From an uncultured Dehalococcoidia bacterium (GTDB lineage Bacteria; Chloroflexota; Dehalococcoidia; SM23-28-2; RBG-16-64-32): 64,000 nt of DNA. A program made the translations under genes and the position numbers. The stretch spans positions 136,627 to 200,626 of the forward strand of contig CAZLDI010000003.1 in the NCBI GenBank assembly GCA_964558415.1, written 5' to 3'. The notes below the pieces were generated by a model. That model did no database searches. It had not been told where the DNA came from and saw only the letters and a list, made by a program, of their open reading frames with translations. Positions 54,877 to 64,000 of the stretch are shown here, in pieces. Position 1 is the stretch's first letter. Every line of letters begins with the position of its first letter.

Positions 54877-55347
54877 GTGGAGATGGGATCGGAAACGATG
54901 GGCCGTACGGTCACGCAGAGGGGTAGGCAGGACCAGGATGCCAGGCGCAGGCGATTCGCCGCTTTCTTCCCGCGATTATTCGCCTTTGCGCTTTCGATGG
55001 TGGGCAATGAAGCCCATGCCAGGAAGGTCGTGATCGAGACATTCAGTCAAGTCTTCGCCCATCCGGCGCACCTGAGCGACCAGCAGTTTTCGATGGCGGT
55101 TTTCAGCCTGGCGCGCAGCCTCTGCCGGGATGCGCGTCCCGACGGCAGACGCAATGACGGCGACCTGCTGGGTAGTGAGCGGGAAGTATTGTCGTTGCTC
55201 TTTGACGCCCAGCTCAGCCGCGGTGAGGTGGGGATGGTTACGGGCCTGGAAGACGAAGAGGTTAGGGCGGAAATGGTGAGCGGGCTGCGGAAGCTGCGCG
55301 GGCCGAACGGCGGCTCTATCATCCCGGCCTTTTTGCGGCGGCGCTAG
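54877..55347 (+). CDS. Hypothetical protein with weak sigma-70/ECF region-2 and region-4-like segments
   Basis: It is 156 aa and Arg-rich. The similarity is low, so this is a tentative call. Confidence 0.3.
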   Translation: MEMGSETMGRTVTQRGRQDQDARRRRFAAFFPRLFAFALSMVGNEAHARKVVIETFSQVFAHPAHLSDQQFSMAVFSLARSLCRDARPDGRRNDGDLLGSEREVLSLLFDAQLSRGEVGMVTGLEDEEVRAEMVSGLRKLRGPNGGSIIPAFLRRR

Positions 55348-55352
55348 CGGCC

Positions 55353-56018
55353 TCAATACTTTGAGACGTTGAGCTCCTTGATCCTGCCTTCGACCAGATA
55401 GACCACGCGCTCGCAGATATTCGTCACTCTGTCTGCGATTCGTTCCAGGTTGTGAGCGACCCACAGCAGCCAGGTGGCACGCTGGATCGTCTTGGGATCG
55501 CGGATCATGTATGTCAGCAGCTCGTGGTAGACCTGCTCGTACAACGCGTCCACTTCGTCGTCGCGGTTGCACACAACGGCCGCCAGCTCTACATCTCGCT
55601 GCTTGAACGCCTCCAGACCGTCCATCAGCATCCCGGTTGCGATCTCGGCCATGCGAGGGATGTCGATATACGGCTTCAACGGGGGCTCGTCGGCCAGCAT
55701 GAGCGCGATCTTGGCTATGCCTTCCGCATGGTCGCCCATTCGCTCCAGGTCGACGATGATGTGGAGCACCGCAACGATCGTCCGCAGGTCACCGGCCAGC
55801 GGCTGCTGCATGGCGATCAGCTCGAGGCATTTTTCTTCCGTCTCGTAACGCTTACGGTCGATCGCTGAGTCATCTGCTATCACCTGCCGCGCGAGTTCAA
55901 CGTTGCGGGTCTTTAGCGCCTCGATGCCGCGCTCTATCGCTGCCTCAACCCTTCCTGCCATCACCAGCATGTCTTCCTGGATCTCCGTGAGCTGCCTTTC
56001 GAACGCCGTCCGTGTCAT
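55353..56018 (-). CDS. phoU: Phosphate-signalling regulator PhoU
   Basis: It has the two PhoU repeats with conserved E/D..H metal sites and is 221 aa. Confidence 0.9.
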   Translation of the reverse strand: MTRTAFERQLTEIQEDMLVMAGRVEAAIERGIEALKTRNVELARQVIADDSAIDRKRYETEEKCLELIAMQQPLAGDLRTIVAVLHIIVDLERMGDHAEGIAKIALMLADEPPLKPYIDIPRMAEIATGMLMDGLEAFKQRDVELAAVVCNRDDEVDALYEQVYHELLTYMIRDPKTIQRATWLLWVAHNLERIADRVTNICERVVYLVEGRIKELNVSKY

Positions 56019-56033
56019 TTCTACCCCGCCGTC

Positions 56034-56933
56034 CTAGCCGAAGCGGCCTGTAATGTAGTCCTCTGTACGCTTGTCCTTCGGGTTCGTGAAGATCTCGTTC
56101 GTGTGGCCGTACTCAACCAGGCGGCCACGCAGGCCGTGTTCCTGCGCGAGCATGAATGCTGTGTAGTCCGACACCCGCGCTGCCTGTTGCATGTTGTGGG
56201 TCACGATGATGATCGTATACCGATTCACCAGCTCGCGGATCAGGTCCTCAATCTTCAGCGTGGCAATCGGGTCCAGCGCGGAGCAGGGCTCATCCATCAG
56301 GATGACGTCAGGCTGCACCGCCAGCGCCCGCGCGATGCACAATCGCTGCTGCTGACCGCCGGAGAGGGCCAGGCCGGATTTCTTCAAGTCGTTCTTCACT
56401 TCGTCCCAGAGCGCCGCCTGCCGCAAAGACCGCTCCACCAGCTCGTCCATGCTTCCCTTATGCCCGTTCACGCGGGCGCCGAAGGCCACGTTGTCGTAGA
56501 TGCTCTTTGGGAACGGGTTGGGCTTCTGGAATACCATCCCGATGCGCCGGCGCACTTCGACGGGGTCAACACTCGGCGCGTAGATATTCTGCCCGTGGTA
56601 CTCGACACGCCCCACCGTCTTCACACCGGGTATCAGGTCGTTCATCCGGTTGAGGCAGCGCAGGAACGTGCTCTTTCCGCAGCCAGACGGTCCGATCAAC
56701 GCAGAAACGCGGTTTAACGGCAGCTTGAGGCCAACATCTGCGAGCGCCTGCTTCGTTCCGTACCAGAGGCTGAGCTCCGACACGGAGAAGACGGCCGGTT
56801 CGCTCGGTTCCAGTATCGAACCGGTCGGTGGCCCGGAGATCAGCGATTCCGTCATCTGCAGGAGGTCCTTTGAAAGCTGCGGCGATCCAGGGATCAGCGT
56901 CAATTCTCTCACCTTAACGGGCTGCTGTTCCAT
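56034..56933 (-). CDS. pstB: Phosphate ABC transporter ATP-binding protein PstB
   Basis: [18 protein letters not shown] and ILMDEP are present. The true start may be internal. Confidence 0.9.
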   Translation of the reverse strand: MEQQPVKVRELTLIPGSPQLSKDLLQMTESLISGPPTGSILEPSEPAVFSVSELSLWYGTKQALADVGLKLPLNRVSALIGPSGCGKSTFLRCLNRMNDLIPGVKTVGRVEYHGQNIYAPSVDPVEVRRRIGMVFQKPNPFPKSIYDNVAFGARVNGHKGSMDELVERSLRQAALWDEVKNDLKKSGLALSGGQQQRLCIARALAVQPDVILMDEPCSALDPIATLKIEDLIRELVNRYTIIIVTHNMQQAARVSDYTAFMLAQEHGLRGRLVEYGHTNEIFTNPKDKRTEDYITGRFG

Positions 56934-56938
56934 GTCGC

Positions 56939-57835
56939 TCAGTTTCGCCGGAATCTCTCTCGAATCAGTGCGGCCACCAGGTTCAGGCTGAGTACCGCCA
57001 CCATCAGCACTATGATGGCCGCAGCGGCGTTCTGGCGGAACGCCTCTTGCGGCCTGATCGTCCAGTTGTATATCTGAATTGGGATCGTAGTGAAGTCGTC
57101 TGTCGGACTGGTGTTGTCGAAGGCGATGAAAGCGAACGCCCCGATCATGATGAGCGCTGCGGTCTCCCCTGCGGCCCGCGAGACAGCCAGGATGATGCCA
57201 GTCATGATGCCGGGCATCGCCCCGGGCAGGACGTGGTGCCGCACCGTCTGCCAGTCTGTGGCGCCGAGCGCGAGCGACCCGTCGCGGATGCTGGGTGGGA
57301 CCTGCCTGATCGCTTCCTGCGACGCTATCACCGTCATCGGAATGATCATCAGCGAAAGTGTGAGGGCGCCGGCAAGGATGCTGGGGCCCAGATTGAGGAA
57401 TCGCGAGAAGATCGCCAGACCCAGCACACCGTAGATGATGCTCGGGACGCCAGCCAGGTTAGCGAGGTTCAGCTTCACGAAGCCAAGCAGCCGGTTCCGC
57501 GGCGCGAACTCCTCGACCCAGATTGCCGTGCCCACAGCTATCGGCAGAGCCACCGCCACTGTGATGCCGAGCACCCAGGCGGTACCGAGAATGGACGAGC
57601 GCAGACCCGCCTCTTCAGCCTTTCGGGACGGATAGCTGGTCAGGAAATCCCAGCTGAGCCGCCCGGCGCCTTCCCTGAGAGTGTCGTATCCGAGCAGGTA
57701 GAAGAGGACGACCACACCGACGAGGCTGGCGGCGAGCAGAAAGTAGCGCGAGACGCGCGAGATGAACTGGCGGCGGGCCACCGCCCCTGTCGCACGCAAC
57801 TCAACCGGCTGCGGTAGGGCCCCCGTCTGCGCCAC
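56939..57835 (-). CDS. pstA: Phosphate ABC transporter permease PstA
   Basis: It has a 6-TM permease architecture with the EAA-like loop of the PstA family. Confidence 0.85.
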   Translation of the reverse strand: MAQTGALPQPVELRATGAVARRQFISRVSRYFLLAASLVGVVVLFYLLGYDTLREGAGRLSWDFLTSYPSRKAEEAGLRSSILGTAWVLGITVAVALPIAVGTAIWVEEFAPRNRLLGFVKLNLANLAGVPSIIYGVLGLAIFSRFLNLGPSILAGALTLSLMIIPMTVIASQEAIRQVPPSIRDGSLALGATDWQTVRHHVLPGAMPGIMTGIILAVSRAAGETAALIMIGAFAFIAFDNTSPTDDFTTIPIQIYNWTIRPQEAFRQNAAAAIIVLMVAVLSLNLVAALIRERFRRN

Positions 57836-58860
57836 TATTGGTACGCCTCCCGGTAGCGGGTGATTATCCGCTGTGCGGCCACGTTGAAAAGGAAGGTTAT
57901 CAAGAACAACATCAGGGCGACGGCGAAGAGCGACTGGTAGTCGATGGTGCCGCGGGCGGCGTCTCCCAGGCCGACCTGGAGCATGTATCCGGTCATCGTC
58001 TGGATGCTTTCCAGCGGGAACAGGGTGAGGTTGGGGGTGGAACCGGCGGCGATAGCGACGATCATCGTTTCACCGACGACACGGGCGATCGCCAGCAGCA
58101 CTGCCGCGACGACGCCTGACAGCGCCGCCGGCAGCACGACGCGGATCGCAACCTCCAGACGCGTCGCCCCAAGGCCGTACGCCGCTTCGCGCAGGTCTCG
58201 TGGCACGCTCGCCATGGCGTCCTCGGATACCGACGCGAGGGTAGGCAGGATCATGACCGCCATCATCGTGCTGGCGGCAAGCGCGTTAAAGATGGGGACG
58301 TCGTCCCCGAAGACCGGACGCAGGACGTCCAGGGTCACGAAGTTGAGAGCGAAGTAGGCGAAGACCACGGTGGGTACCCCGGCCAGCGCCTCCAGGATCG
58401 GCTTCAATACGCGCCGAGTGCGCCGATCTGCATACTCGCTGAGGTAGACCGCCGTCGCGAGACCTATCGGCAACGCCATGGCGAGGGACCAGAACACAAT
58501 ATTCGCCGTTCCCGCGACGAGTTCCCAGATGCCGAAGGACGTAGGCTTGAAAAGCGGCTGCCAGTTCGTGTCCAGGAGGAAGTCGGCGAGAGAGACCTCC
58601 TGAAAGAAAGAGGCGGACTCTGTAACGAGGACGATGATTATGAGGGCCGTGGTCAGCAGCGAGACCGCTGCACAGGCGAGCAGCAGGTTCTTTATTACGA
58701 ACTCGTCCACGCGCCTGAAACGGCGCCTCAGGAGCGCGGAATTGACGGATGTTGGATCCAGGCTGCGTGTCATTCGGCGCCTCGAGGCGGGCAGGGGATA
58801 ACGACGCGTTTCTGCACTGTCAGAGATTGCGGAGCGAGGCGGCCCGGCGGAGGCCACCAC
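57835..58860 (-). CDS. pstC: Phosphate ABC transporter permease PstC
   Basis: It is a 6-TM permease of the PstC family. The true start is probably internal to the ORF. Confidence 0.85.
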   Translation of the reverse strand: MVASAGPPRSAISDSAETRRYPLPASRRRMTRSLDPTSVNSALLRRRFRRVDEFVIKNLLLACAAVSLLTTALIIIVLVTESASFFQEVSLADFLLDTNWQPLFKPTSFGIWELVAGTANIVFWSLAMALPIGLATAVYLSEYADRRTRRVLKPILEALAGVPTVVFAYFALNFVTLDVLRPVFGDDVPIFNALAASTMMAVMILPTLASVSEDAMASVPRDLREAAYGLGATRLEVAIRVVLPAALSGVVAAVLLAIARVVGETMIVAIAAGSTPNLTLFPLESIQTMTGYMLQVGLGDAARGTIDYQSLFAVALMLFLITFLFNVAAQRIITRYREAYQ

Positions 58861-58896
58861 TTTGCCGCCTCGCGAATCATATTCGGGTTCGCGCGC

Positions 58897-59910
58897 CTAC
58901 GGCAAGAACGGCTCTAGCTTGGCGAACTGCTCGTCCAACAGGCTCTCGGGGATATTGACGTAGCCGACCTCTGCCACAAGCTCCTCCGCGTTTTCCAGGT
59001 AGAAGTTGGCGAAGCCAAGGACCTCGGGACTATCGCTCAGGAACTTCTCGCGTGTGTAGATGAAGAGCGGGCGGCTCAGCGGCTTGTACGTGCCATCCAG
59101 CGCCGCGTCGAAGCTGGGTTCCACGCAGCCCGCGCCACCGTCGACGGCAACTGCGCCGAGCGCCTGGCCTGCTTCCTGGAAGTAGGCGAAGCCGAAGTAA
59201 CCGATGGAGAATTCGTCGCCCTCGACGCCCTGGGCGAGGACGTTGTCATCCTCGGAGGACGTGCCGTCAGCGCGGTGAGTGGCCGTCTCTTCCACCCCCT
59301 CGATAATCGTCTCCACGAAGTAGTCGAACGTCCCGGAGTCTGTGCCCGGGTAGTACGGGATGATAGTTTCGTTCGGGAACGAGGGATCGACCTGGTCCCA
59401 GGTTTCGAAACCGTCGGCCCTAAAGATGTCGTGCAGCTGCTGCGTCGTGAGGCAGGTCGCGTAGTCGTTCGATGGGTGAACAACGATTGACAGGGCGTCG
59501 ATCGCCACCTGCAACTCGACCACGTCCGTGATGCCGTTGCCGGCGCACGCATCCAACTCGGCCTGCTTGATCGGCCGCGAGGCGTCCGCGATCTGGATCT
59601 CGCCGCGGCAGAAGGCTTCGAAACCGCCTCCGGTCCCGGAGAAGCGCACGTTTACCTGGGTGTCGGCGATCTTACTGAACTCTTCCGCTACGGCCTCCGA
59701 GATCGGGAAGACCGTGGACGATCCGTCAATGTCAATCTGCCCGCTGAGAGAGCTGTAATCGATGCCGTCGGATGACGAGGCGCCGGCTCCGGGCGTACCC
59801 TTGCCGTTTTCCTCCCCGCCACCGCAAGCCGCTATGGCAAAAAAAGAGGCCGCAATCACAGCGGCCTGTACGAACCGAATGGGCATCGCGCCCATTGGCG
59901 ACATTTGCAT
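58897..59910 (-). CDS. pstS: Phosphate-binding lipoprotein PstS
   Basis: A lipoprotein signal (AIAACGG) and PBP-superfamily phosphate-binding blocks (SGTGGGF) are present. Confidence 0.85.
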   Translation of the reverse strand: MQMSPMGAMPIRFVQAAVIAASFFAIAACGGGEENGKGTPGAGASSSDGIDYSSLSGQIDIDGSSTVFPISEAVAEEFSKIADTQVNVRFSGTGGGFEAFCRGEIQIADASRPIKQAELDACAGNGITDVVELQVAIDALSIVVHPSNDYATCLTTQQLHDIFRADGFETWDQVDPSFPNETIIPYYPGTDSGTFDYFVETIIEGVEETATHRADGTSSEDDNVLAQGVEGDEFSIGYFGFAYFQEAGQALGAVAVDGGAGCVEPSFDAALDGTYKPLSRPLFIYTREKFLSDSPEVLGFANFYLENAEELVAEVGYVNIPESLLDEQFAKLEPFLP

Positions 59911-60354
59911 TAAGGACTTTCCTCCATACGTCTAATCGCGGTTGTGTGAAGTGGTCGGACATCGCGAGGCGAGCATTCCGTCTTCCTGGTGTTGCGACCT
60001 CCATTCCTGCAGAAAAAAAGAGGCGCCCTGAGGCGCCACACTGATTTCCGTGTGAATTCGACGGTTCACTGTCTGCAGGCTAGCATGGGCGATCCCTATC
60101 AGTCAACATCTGGTGAATAGAACGACTCTATTCCTGCTAGTGCGCCGGCAGGGACGGTTCTGGGCTAATCGTTGCGAACCCCGCGGCCGCAGGCGCGCTC
60201 AGCCAACCGACGTCGGCCTCAGGAGAAGTTCAAGCTATGATGAGCGACATCGACATCAATCGAACATCCTGCTGATCTTGTGAGTGCTGACCCGGACACA
60301 GACCTGAGAGCGTTGCGGGGCCGCACTCCGGAGCGGTACGATTTCAAGCAGCGG

Positions 60355-60429
60355 GGGCCTGTAGCTCAGCGGTAGAGCTCCGGACTTTTAATCCGGGAGT
60401 CGTGGGTTCGAATCCCACCGGGCCCTCCA
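60355..60429 (+). tRNA. tRNA-Lys (anticodon UUU)
   Basis: A manual cloverleaf fits: acceptor GGGCCUG/CGGGCCC, U8, D-arm GCUC-AGCGGUA-GAGC, anticodon stem CCGGA/UCCGG with loop CUUUUAA, T-arm GUGGG-UUCGAAU-CCCAC, and an encoded CCA. Confidence 0.85.
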
Positions 60430-60523
60430 CAGATTTCATGTACGCAGCGCCAACTGAAGGCGCTCTAGAATCGCGCGTCTCGGTTCGTTTGACATCAGGG
60501 CTGGCAGCAACCTGAACGCGAAA

Positions 60524-61351
60524 TTAGATTATCTCGCGCCGCGCGAACAGCCAGGCCGCTGCAACGATTGGTATGGCCGCCCAGGCAGCGAGTGCCGCGG
60601 AGAGGATGGCGGTGGCGCCGGTGGCGCCGACGCTCTCCAGCAGGTACGAGCCGAACGGGCCCAGCACCTCGAGGTCTGGTTCGAGCTGGATGATCGCCAG
60701 GACGCGTACGACCTCCACGGGGTTGAGCAGAAGAGCGACGAGCAAACCAGTCCCACCGAGAGATGTCTGCGACACCGCGCCGATAAGGACAAGGTCGAAG
60801 AACAGCACGGCCACGAACCATACCATCATGGCGACGCCGAGCGCTTGCACGCGGCTGGTGGAAACGACCGAGATGAGCAGGCCGAGGCCAGTCATCACAG
60901 CGGTTAGCGCGAGGATGAGGCAGACAAGCGTGATGTAGGTCGAGACATCGACTGACGAGGCAAAGGTAGCGATGACGACGCCCCCAACACCGAATCCGGC
61001 GATGGTGGCGATGGCGATGGCAGAGGTTAGCCCGACGAACTTACCAAGAAGCAGGTCGAGCCGGCTGATCGGCTGCGAGAGCAGGTACGTGAGGCGCCCG
61101 CGGTCCCGCTCGCCGGCGATGCCCCCGGCGCCGAGAGAGAGCGCGATGAGCGGCGACAGCAGCAGACACAGGTTCAGGAGACTGGCTGTGGTGCGGCTGA
61201 AGTTCTCGAACCCAAGACCGCCCAGGTTCTTCTGGCCGAGGTACGAGAGGCCGAACGCCAGGGCCGCAAACACGGCGGCGTAAAGGGGGAGCCAGCGCCC
61301 GGCAACTGCGTCCTGGACCTCCTTGCGCGCGATCGTCGTCACGGCGTTCAC
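60524..61351 (-). CDS. nosY: ABC-2 type permease, NosY-like
   Basis: It is a 6-TM ABC-2 permease downstream of nosF/nosD-like genes. Confidence 0.7.
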   Translation of the reverse strand: MNAVTTIARKEVQDAVAGRWLPLYAAVFAALAFGLSYLGQKNLGGLGFENFSRTTASLLNLCLLLSPLIALSLGAGGIAGERDRGRLTYLLSQPISRLDLLLGKFVGLTSAIAIATIAGFGVGGVVIATFASSVDVSTYITLVCLILALTAVMTGLGLLISVVSTSRVQALGVAMMVWFVAVLFFDLVLIGAVSQTSLGGTGLLVALLLNPVEVVRVLAIIQLEPDLEVLGPFGSYLLESVGATGATAILSAALAAWAAIPIVAAAWLFARREII

Positions 61352-62193
61352 GGCCGTGCCTCCTCGCCGTCTCGGCGCGATGCGAGTTCCCGGCTGAGCG
61401 CGGTTTCGATGTTCGTCTCCTCAGGCGAGATGTGGTCTGGCTTGATTCCGACGTCAGCGAGCGCCGAGAGGAAGGCAGCCGGGGCGGTGCCGTTCAGGGT
61501 CACGACGAAGCGATTTTCCGCCCGGCGGTTGGCCAGCTCTGCAGCGGACATGTCGAGGATAATGTGGCCACGCTCCAGGACGATGAAGCGGTCAGCCAGC
61601 CCGCTGATACTCTCGGTGAAGTGGGTAGACAGGGCAACCGTCTTGCCCTCACTCCGCAGATCTCGCAGCATGTCGTGGAACTGCTGGCGACTCTCCAGGT
61701 CCAGGTTGGCTGTAGGTTCGTCCAGCAGCAGAACCGGCGGGTCCGAAAGCAGCGCAGCGGCCAGGGCGAGTCGCTGCCGCATGCCGCCCGAGAGCTCGCC
61801 GGCCTTCATCCGCCGCTCTTCGAACAAGTTGACTCGCCGTAGCAAGGTCTCGACCCGCGCGGGCCCGACACCCTTGAGTCCGGCAAAGAACTGCAGCGCG
61901 CCCTCGGTGGTGTCGGCTGCATCAAACGCCGGCGTCTGCGGCAGGTACCCGATGAGCCGCCGAGCGTCCTTGCCCCGGTCGCGGACGGACTTCCCGCCGA
62001 CCTCGACAGAGCCCTGGAAGCTGGTGATACCGAGGATGCACTTGAATGTAGTTGTCTTGCCCGCTCCGTTTGGCCCCAGGAGCGCAACGATTTGGCCGGG
62101 CTTCAGGGCGAACGTGAGGTTGTCGATGGCTGTGGTACGGCCGTAGCCCTTGGTCAGGCCGGTCACGGCTACGGCAGGCGCCAGTTCCGTCAT
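61348..62193 (-). CDS. nosF: ABC transporter ATP-binding protein, NosF-like
   Basis: GPNGAGKTT, LSGGMRQRL and LLLDEP are present. Confidence 0.8.
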   Translation of the reverse strand: MTELAPAVAVTGLTKGYGRTTAIDNLTFALKPGQIVALLGPNGAGKTTTFKCILGITSFQGSVEVGGKSVRDRGKDARRLIGYLPQTPAFDAADTTEGALQFFAGLKGVGPARVETLLRRVNLFEERRMKAGELSGGMRQRLALAAALLSDPPVLLLDEPTANLDLESRQQFHDMLRDLRSEGKTVALSTHFTESISGLADRFIVLERGHIILDMSAAELANRRAENRFVVTLNGTAPAAFLSALADVGIKPDHISPEETNIETALSRELASRRDGEEARP

Positions 62194-63737
62194 CCCACCC
62201 TCCCCGCTAGTCTGACGAGCCGCCCGACGGCGCGCCCCAACACATAGGTCGCATCCACGTCGAGGAACGCCTGCAGAAGTGCGGCTGACAGGAGCAACAG
62301 AAGCGCACTCACGATCAGCAGATTCGCGTTGAGCCCGGCGTCACGGGCCAGCGCCGGGCCGGGCGCCTCCATCAGCGGTCCACTGTCGCGCATCACCGCG
62401 TCGTACTCGTACACAGGAAACATATCAGCGGCGATGTCGATCGCCTGCTGAGCCACCGTGAACTGGAAGACTCTCAGGCCGTCGGCGCTGGCGAGCCCTC
62501 CGGCGAACGGGGGCCGGGGCTCGTAGGGCCTGTCGCCGACACCGTCGCCGTTCGCGTCGTACCCGCTGTAATCGCTCCAGTAGTTCCCCCGGCCACTGAG
62601 GGTCCACACGGCCGACTCCGGGCGGGAACTCGCTGAGGGTGTCGGCACGCTCTGCGAGCCCGTTTGCCCGGAGTGACCGTTATGGCTGGTGTTGGCGGGG
62701 GCGGATTCTGTCGATGGGGCGGCTCCGTGGCTGAGCGCACCACTGAGCGCCTGCACCTGCACGGTATTCTCTATCATCGCATTTTCTACGAACGTGATCG
62801 GCGCGTTCGTGAACAGACCGATGCCGGTGTCGTTGAGGGCAAGGGTGTTGGCTAAGAATGTCGCAGATGCGCCTGCCGAGTTCGGAGTGCCCTCAACCGT
62901 GATTCCGTACTTGTTGCGGAGGATGTTGTTGCCTTCCACGAAGATGTTATCGACGTCCTTGATCAGCATGCCGGCGCCGCTGGCGCCTTTTCGGTTGTTG
63001 GAAAGCTCGTTGTCCTTCAGCAGCAGGTCGTGCGAGAACATGAGGACCGCACCGGCAAGATTGTCCCGGAACGTGTTCTCCAGGATGCGATTGTTATCGG
63101 ACGACATGAAGTGCAACGCATAGCGGCTGTCGGTCACGGTGTTCTGCCCGATGCCGTTGTCGTCCGAGAATTCGAGGTGGATCCCGTCACCAGAGTGAGT
63201 GATGTTGTTCGCGCGAATCGCCGCCCCCTCAACCTCCCACAGGTAGATGCCATGTCCGCGCCTCTCCTGGGGGATGTCAGCGCCCTGGTCGATGTCGTTG
63301 AACGCTATCGTCGCGTGGTGGCTGCCCGTCACGTGTATTCCGTACAGGGAGTCGCGTATCTTGTTCGATCGAATGGCTGGCTCGTGAGCGTTCACGACTT
63401 TTATCGCCGCGCCCTCTTGGGACACGGCGCGCCCGCTGCCCACGATTTCGAATCCGGAGAGGGTGACGCCAGCAGCTCCGATGATCGTCACGACGTCGCC
63501 CTCGCCACCGCCGTCGATTATGGGTGAACCTACGCCGACAAGGGATAGCGGCTTGTCGATGATGATGTGCTCGCGGTAGACGCCTCCCTCAACGGTTATG
63601 CTGTCCCCGGGCGCCGCGGAGTCTATGAGCGCCTGGAGGGCGGCCGTGCCTGCGTCAGCGCGATCCGTCGAAACGGTCGAAGCGAAGGCGGCAAAGCCCA
63701 GGAGAACCGCCACGAGCAGGCAAGCGGCTTTTGGCAT
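62190..63737 (-). CDS. nosD: NosD-like periplasmic right-handed beta-helix (copper-enzyme maturation) protein
   Basis: It has a signal peptide and repeated parallel beta-helix (PbH1) units with IxxNxI periodicity. It is 515 aa. Confidence 0.7.
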   Translation of the reverse strand: MPKAACLLVAVLLGFAAFASTVSTDRADAGTAALQALIDSAAPGDSITVEGGVYREHIIIDKPLSLVGVGSPIIDGGGEGDVVTIIGAAGVTLSGFEIVGSGRAVSQEGAAIKVVNAHEPAIRSNKIRDSLYGIHVTGSHHATIAFNDIDQGADIPQERRGHGIYLWEVEGAAIRANNITHSGDGIHLEFSDDNGIGQNTVTDSRYALHFMSSDNNRILENTFRDNLAGAVLMFSHDLLLKDNELSNNRKGASGAGMLIKDVDNIFVEGNNILRNKYGITVEGTPNSAGASATFLANTLALNDTGIGLFTNAPITFVENAMIENTVQVQALSGALSHGAAPSTESAPANTSHNGHSGQTGSQSVPTPSASSRPESAVWTLSGRGNYWSDYSGYDANGDGVGDRPYEPRPPFAGGLASADGLRVFQFTVAQQAIDIAADMFPVYEYDAVMRDSGPLMEAPGPALARDAGLNANLLIVSALLLLLSAALLQAFLDVDATYVLGRAVGRLVRLAGRVG

Positions 63738-63746
63738 GCCCCTACC

Positions 63747-63989
63747 TCAACCCTGGCGTCCAGCCGCCTGCGGCGTGGAAGCCCGAGGCGTCGCGATAGG
63801 CGAAGAATGTGGCCAGCGCTGCTGCAACCATCGAACGGCTAGAGGCAGGAACGTGATGGCCACCGCTGCCAGAACCATCAGATAGAAACCAATCTCGAAC
63901 CCCGTCTCCGAGTTAAAGTTCCAGACCTTGGTTGATCCGAGCACTTTGGGCGTGAAGTCGCCGGTGTTGAGGGCGGCTTCCGGATTCAT
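63747..63989 (-). CDS. Small membrane protein (1 TM) upstream of the nosD-like gene
   Basis: It is an 80-aa ORF with one hydrophobic helix and sits adjacent to the window edge. Confidence 0.35.
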   Translation of the reverse strand: MNPEAALNTGDFTPKVLGSTKVWNFNSETGFEIGFYLMVLAAVAITFLPLAVRWLQQRWPHSSPIATPRASTPQAAGRQG

Positions 63990-64000
63990 GGTGTGCCCGT

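Noticed and set aside
1-64000. CRISPR arrays, integrases and classical IS elements
   Set aside because: No regularly spaced direct repeats, no tyrosine or serine recombinase, and no DDE transposase signature were seen. The only mobile-element-like gene is the RAYT.

Overview
This is a 64 kb, gene-dense, high-GC (about 65-70%) bacterial chromosomal segment. Its gene content (F420-type PPOX and LLM enzymes, SipW-cognate signal peptides, nosDFY, several alpha/beta hydrolases) is most consistent with a Chloroflexota- or Actinobacteria-like genome. All calls below are made by eye from the sequence and the six-frame ORF track; no database search or folding program was run. The housekeeping backbone has eight parts.

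1. A cobalamin riboswitch with an intrinsic terminator lies ahead of a B12 uptake and salvage operon: a BtuF-like lipoprotein, an FecCD permease, an ATPase, a PduO-type adenosyltransferase and a CobC-like phosphatase.
2. A thiamine locus runs thiD, a TPP riboswitch with its terminator, an NCS1 (CytX-like) transporter, thiG, a ThiE/TenI-like gene, thiS and thiO, with a second canonical thiE convergent on the minus strand.
3. A pstSCAB-phoU operon sits on the minus strand next to a single tRNA-Lys(UUU).
4. A nosDFY-like copper-enzyme maturation transporter is present; nosZ itself lies outside the window.
5. Lipid-metabolism genes (FabI, PlsC, a CaiB/BaiF CoA-transferase), a Sir2 deacylase, RecQ, a D-aminoacylase, SppA, two MBL hydrolases and three alpha/beta hydrolases fill much of the rest.
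6. A large GAF/PAS LuxR-family regulator, an ECF sigma factor, and a PhoB-like regulator that lacks the phosphoacceptor Asp are the visible regulators.
7. A YhaO/YhaN (SbcD/SbcC-like) nuclease-ATPase pair is present.
8. A TasA/SipW-type secreted-fibre operon is present.

Six regions are more unusual and are detailed in the findings.

1. A peroxiredoxin-like redoxin gene is interrupted by a single in-frame TGA exactly at the first position of a UxxC/CxxC motif. It is either a selenocysteine candidate or a fresh pseudogene.
2. Two paralogous ferritin-like diiron proteins look like an alpha/beta oxygenase pair. One keeps the full E...ExxH...E...ExxH ligand set; the other has lost every ligand and gained an N-terminal tandem-repeat domain. 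A small SCP2-like protein and an MBL hydrolase follow. The pair is split by a lower-GC insertion flanked by a 33-bp direct repeat that gives two unrelated ORFs the same C-terminal peptide, SLLDPPRN.
3. A REP-associated Y1 transposase (RAYT) has a 30-nt GC-rich hairpin palindrome upstream and a second copy inserted in-frame inside the gene.
4. A low-GC two-gene island pairs a small winged-helix protein with a translationally coupled membrane protein.
5. A second ferritin-like / 2[4Fe-4S] ferredoxin / ferritin-like trio sits beside an LLM monooxygenase.
6. An MntA/HepT toxin-antitoxin pair has a coupled third gene, and a flotillin-like SPFH protein nearby carries four or five N-terminal ~75-aa repeats.

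No CRISPR array, integrase or classical IS element was seen.
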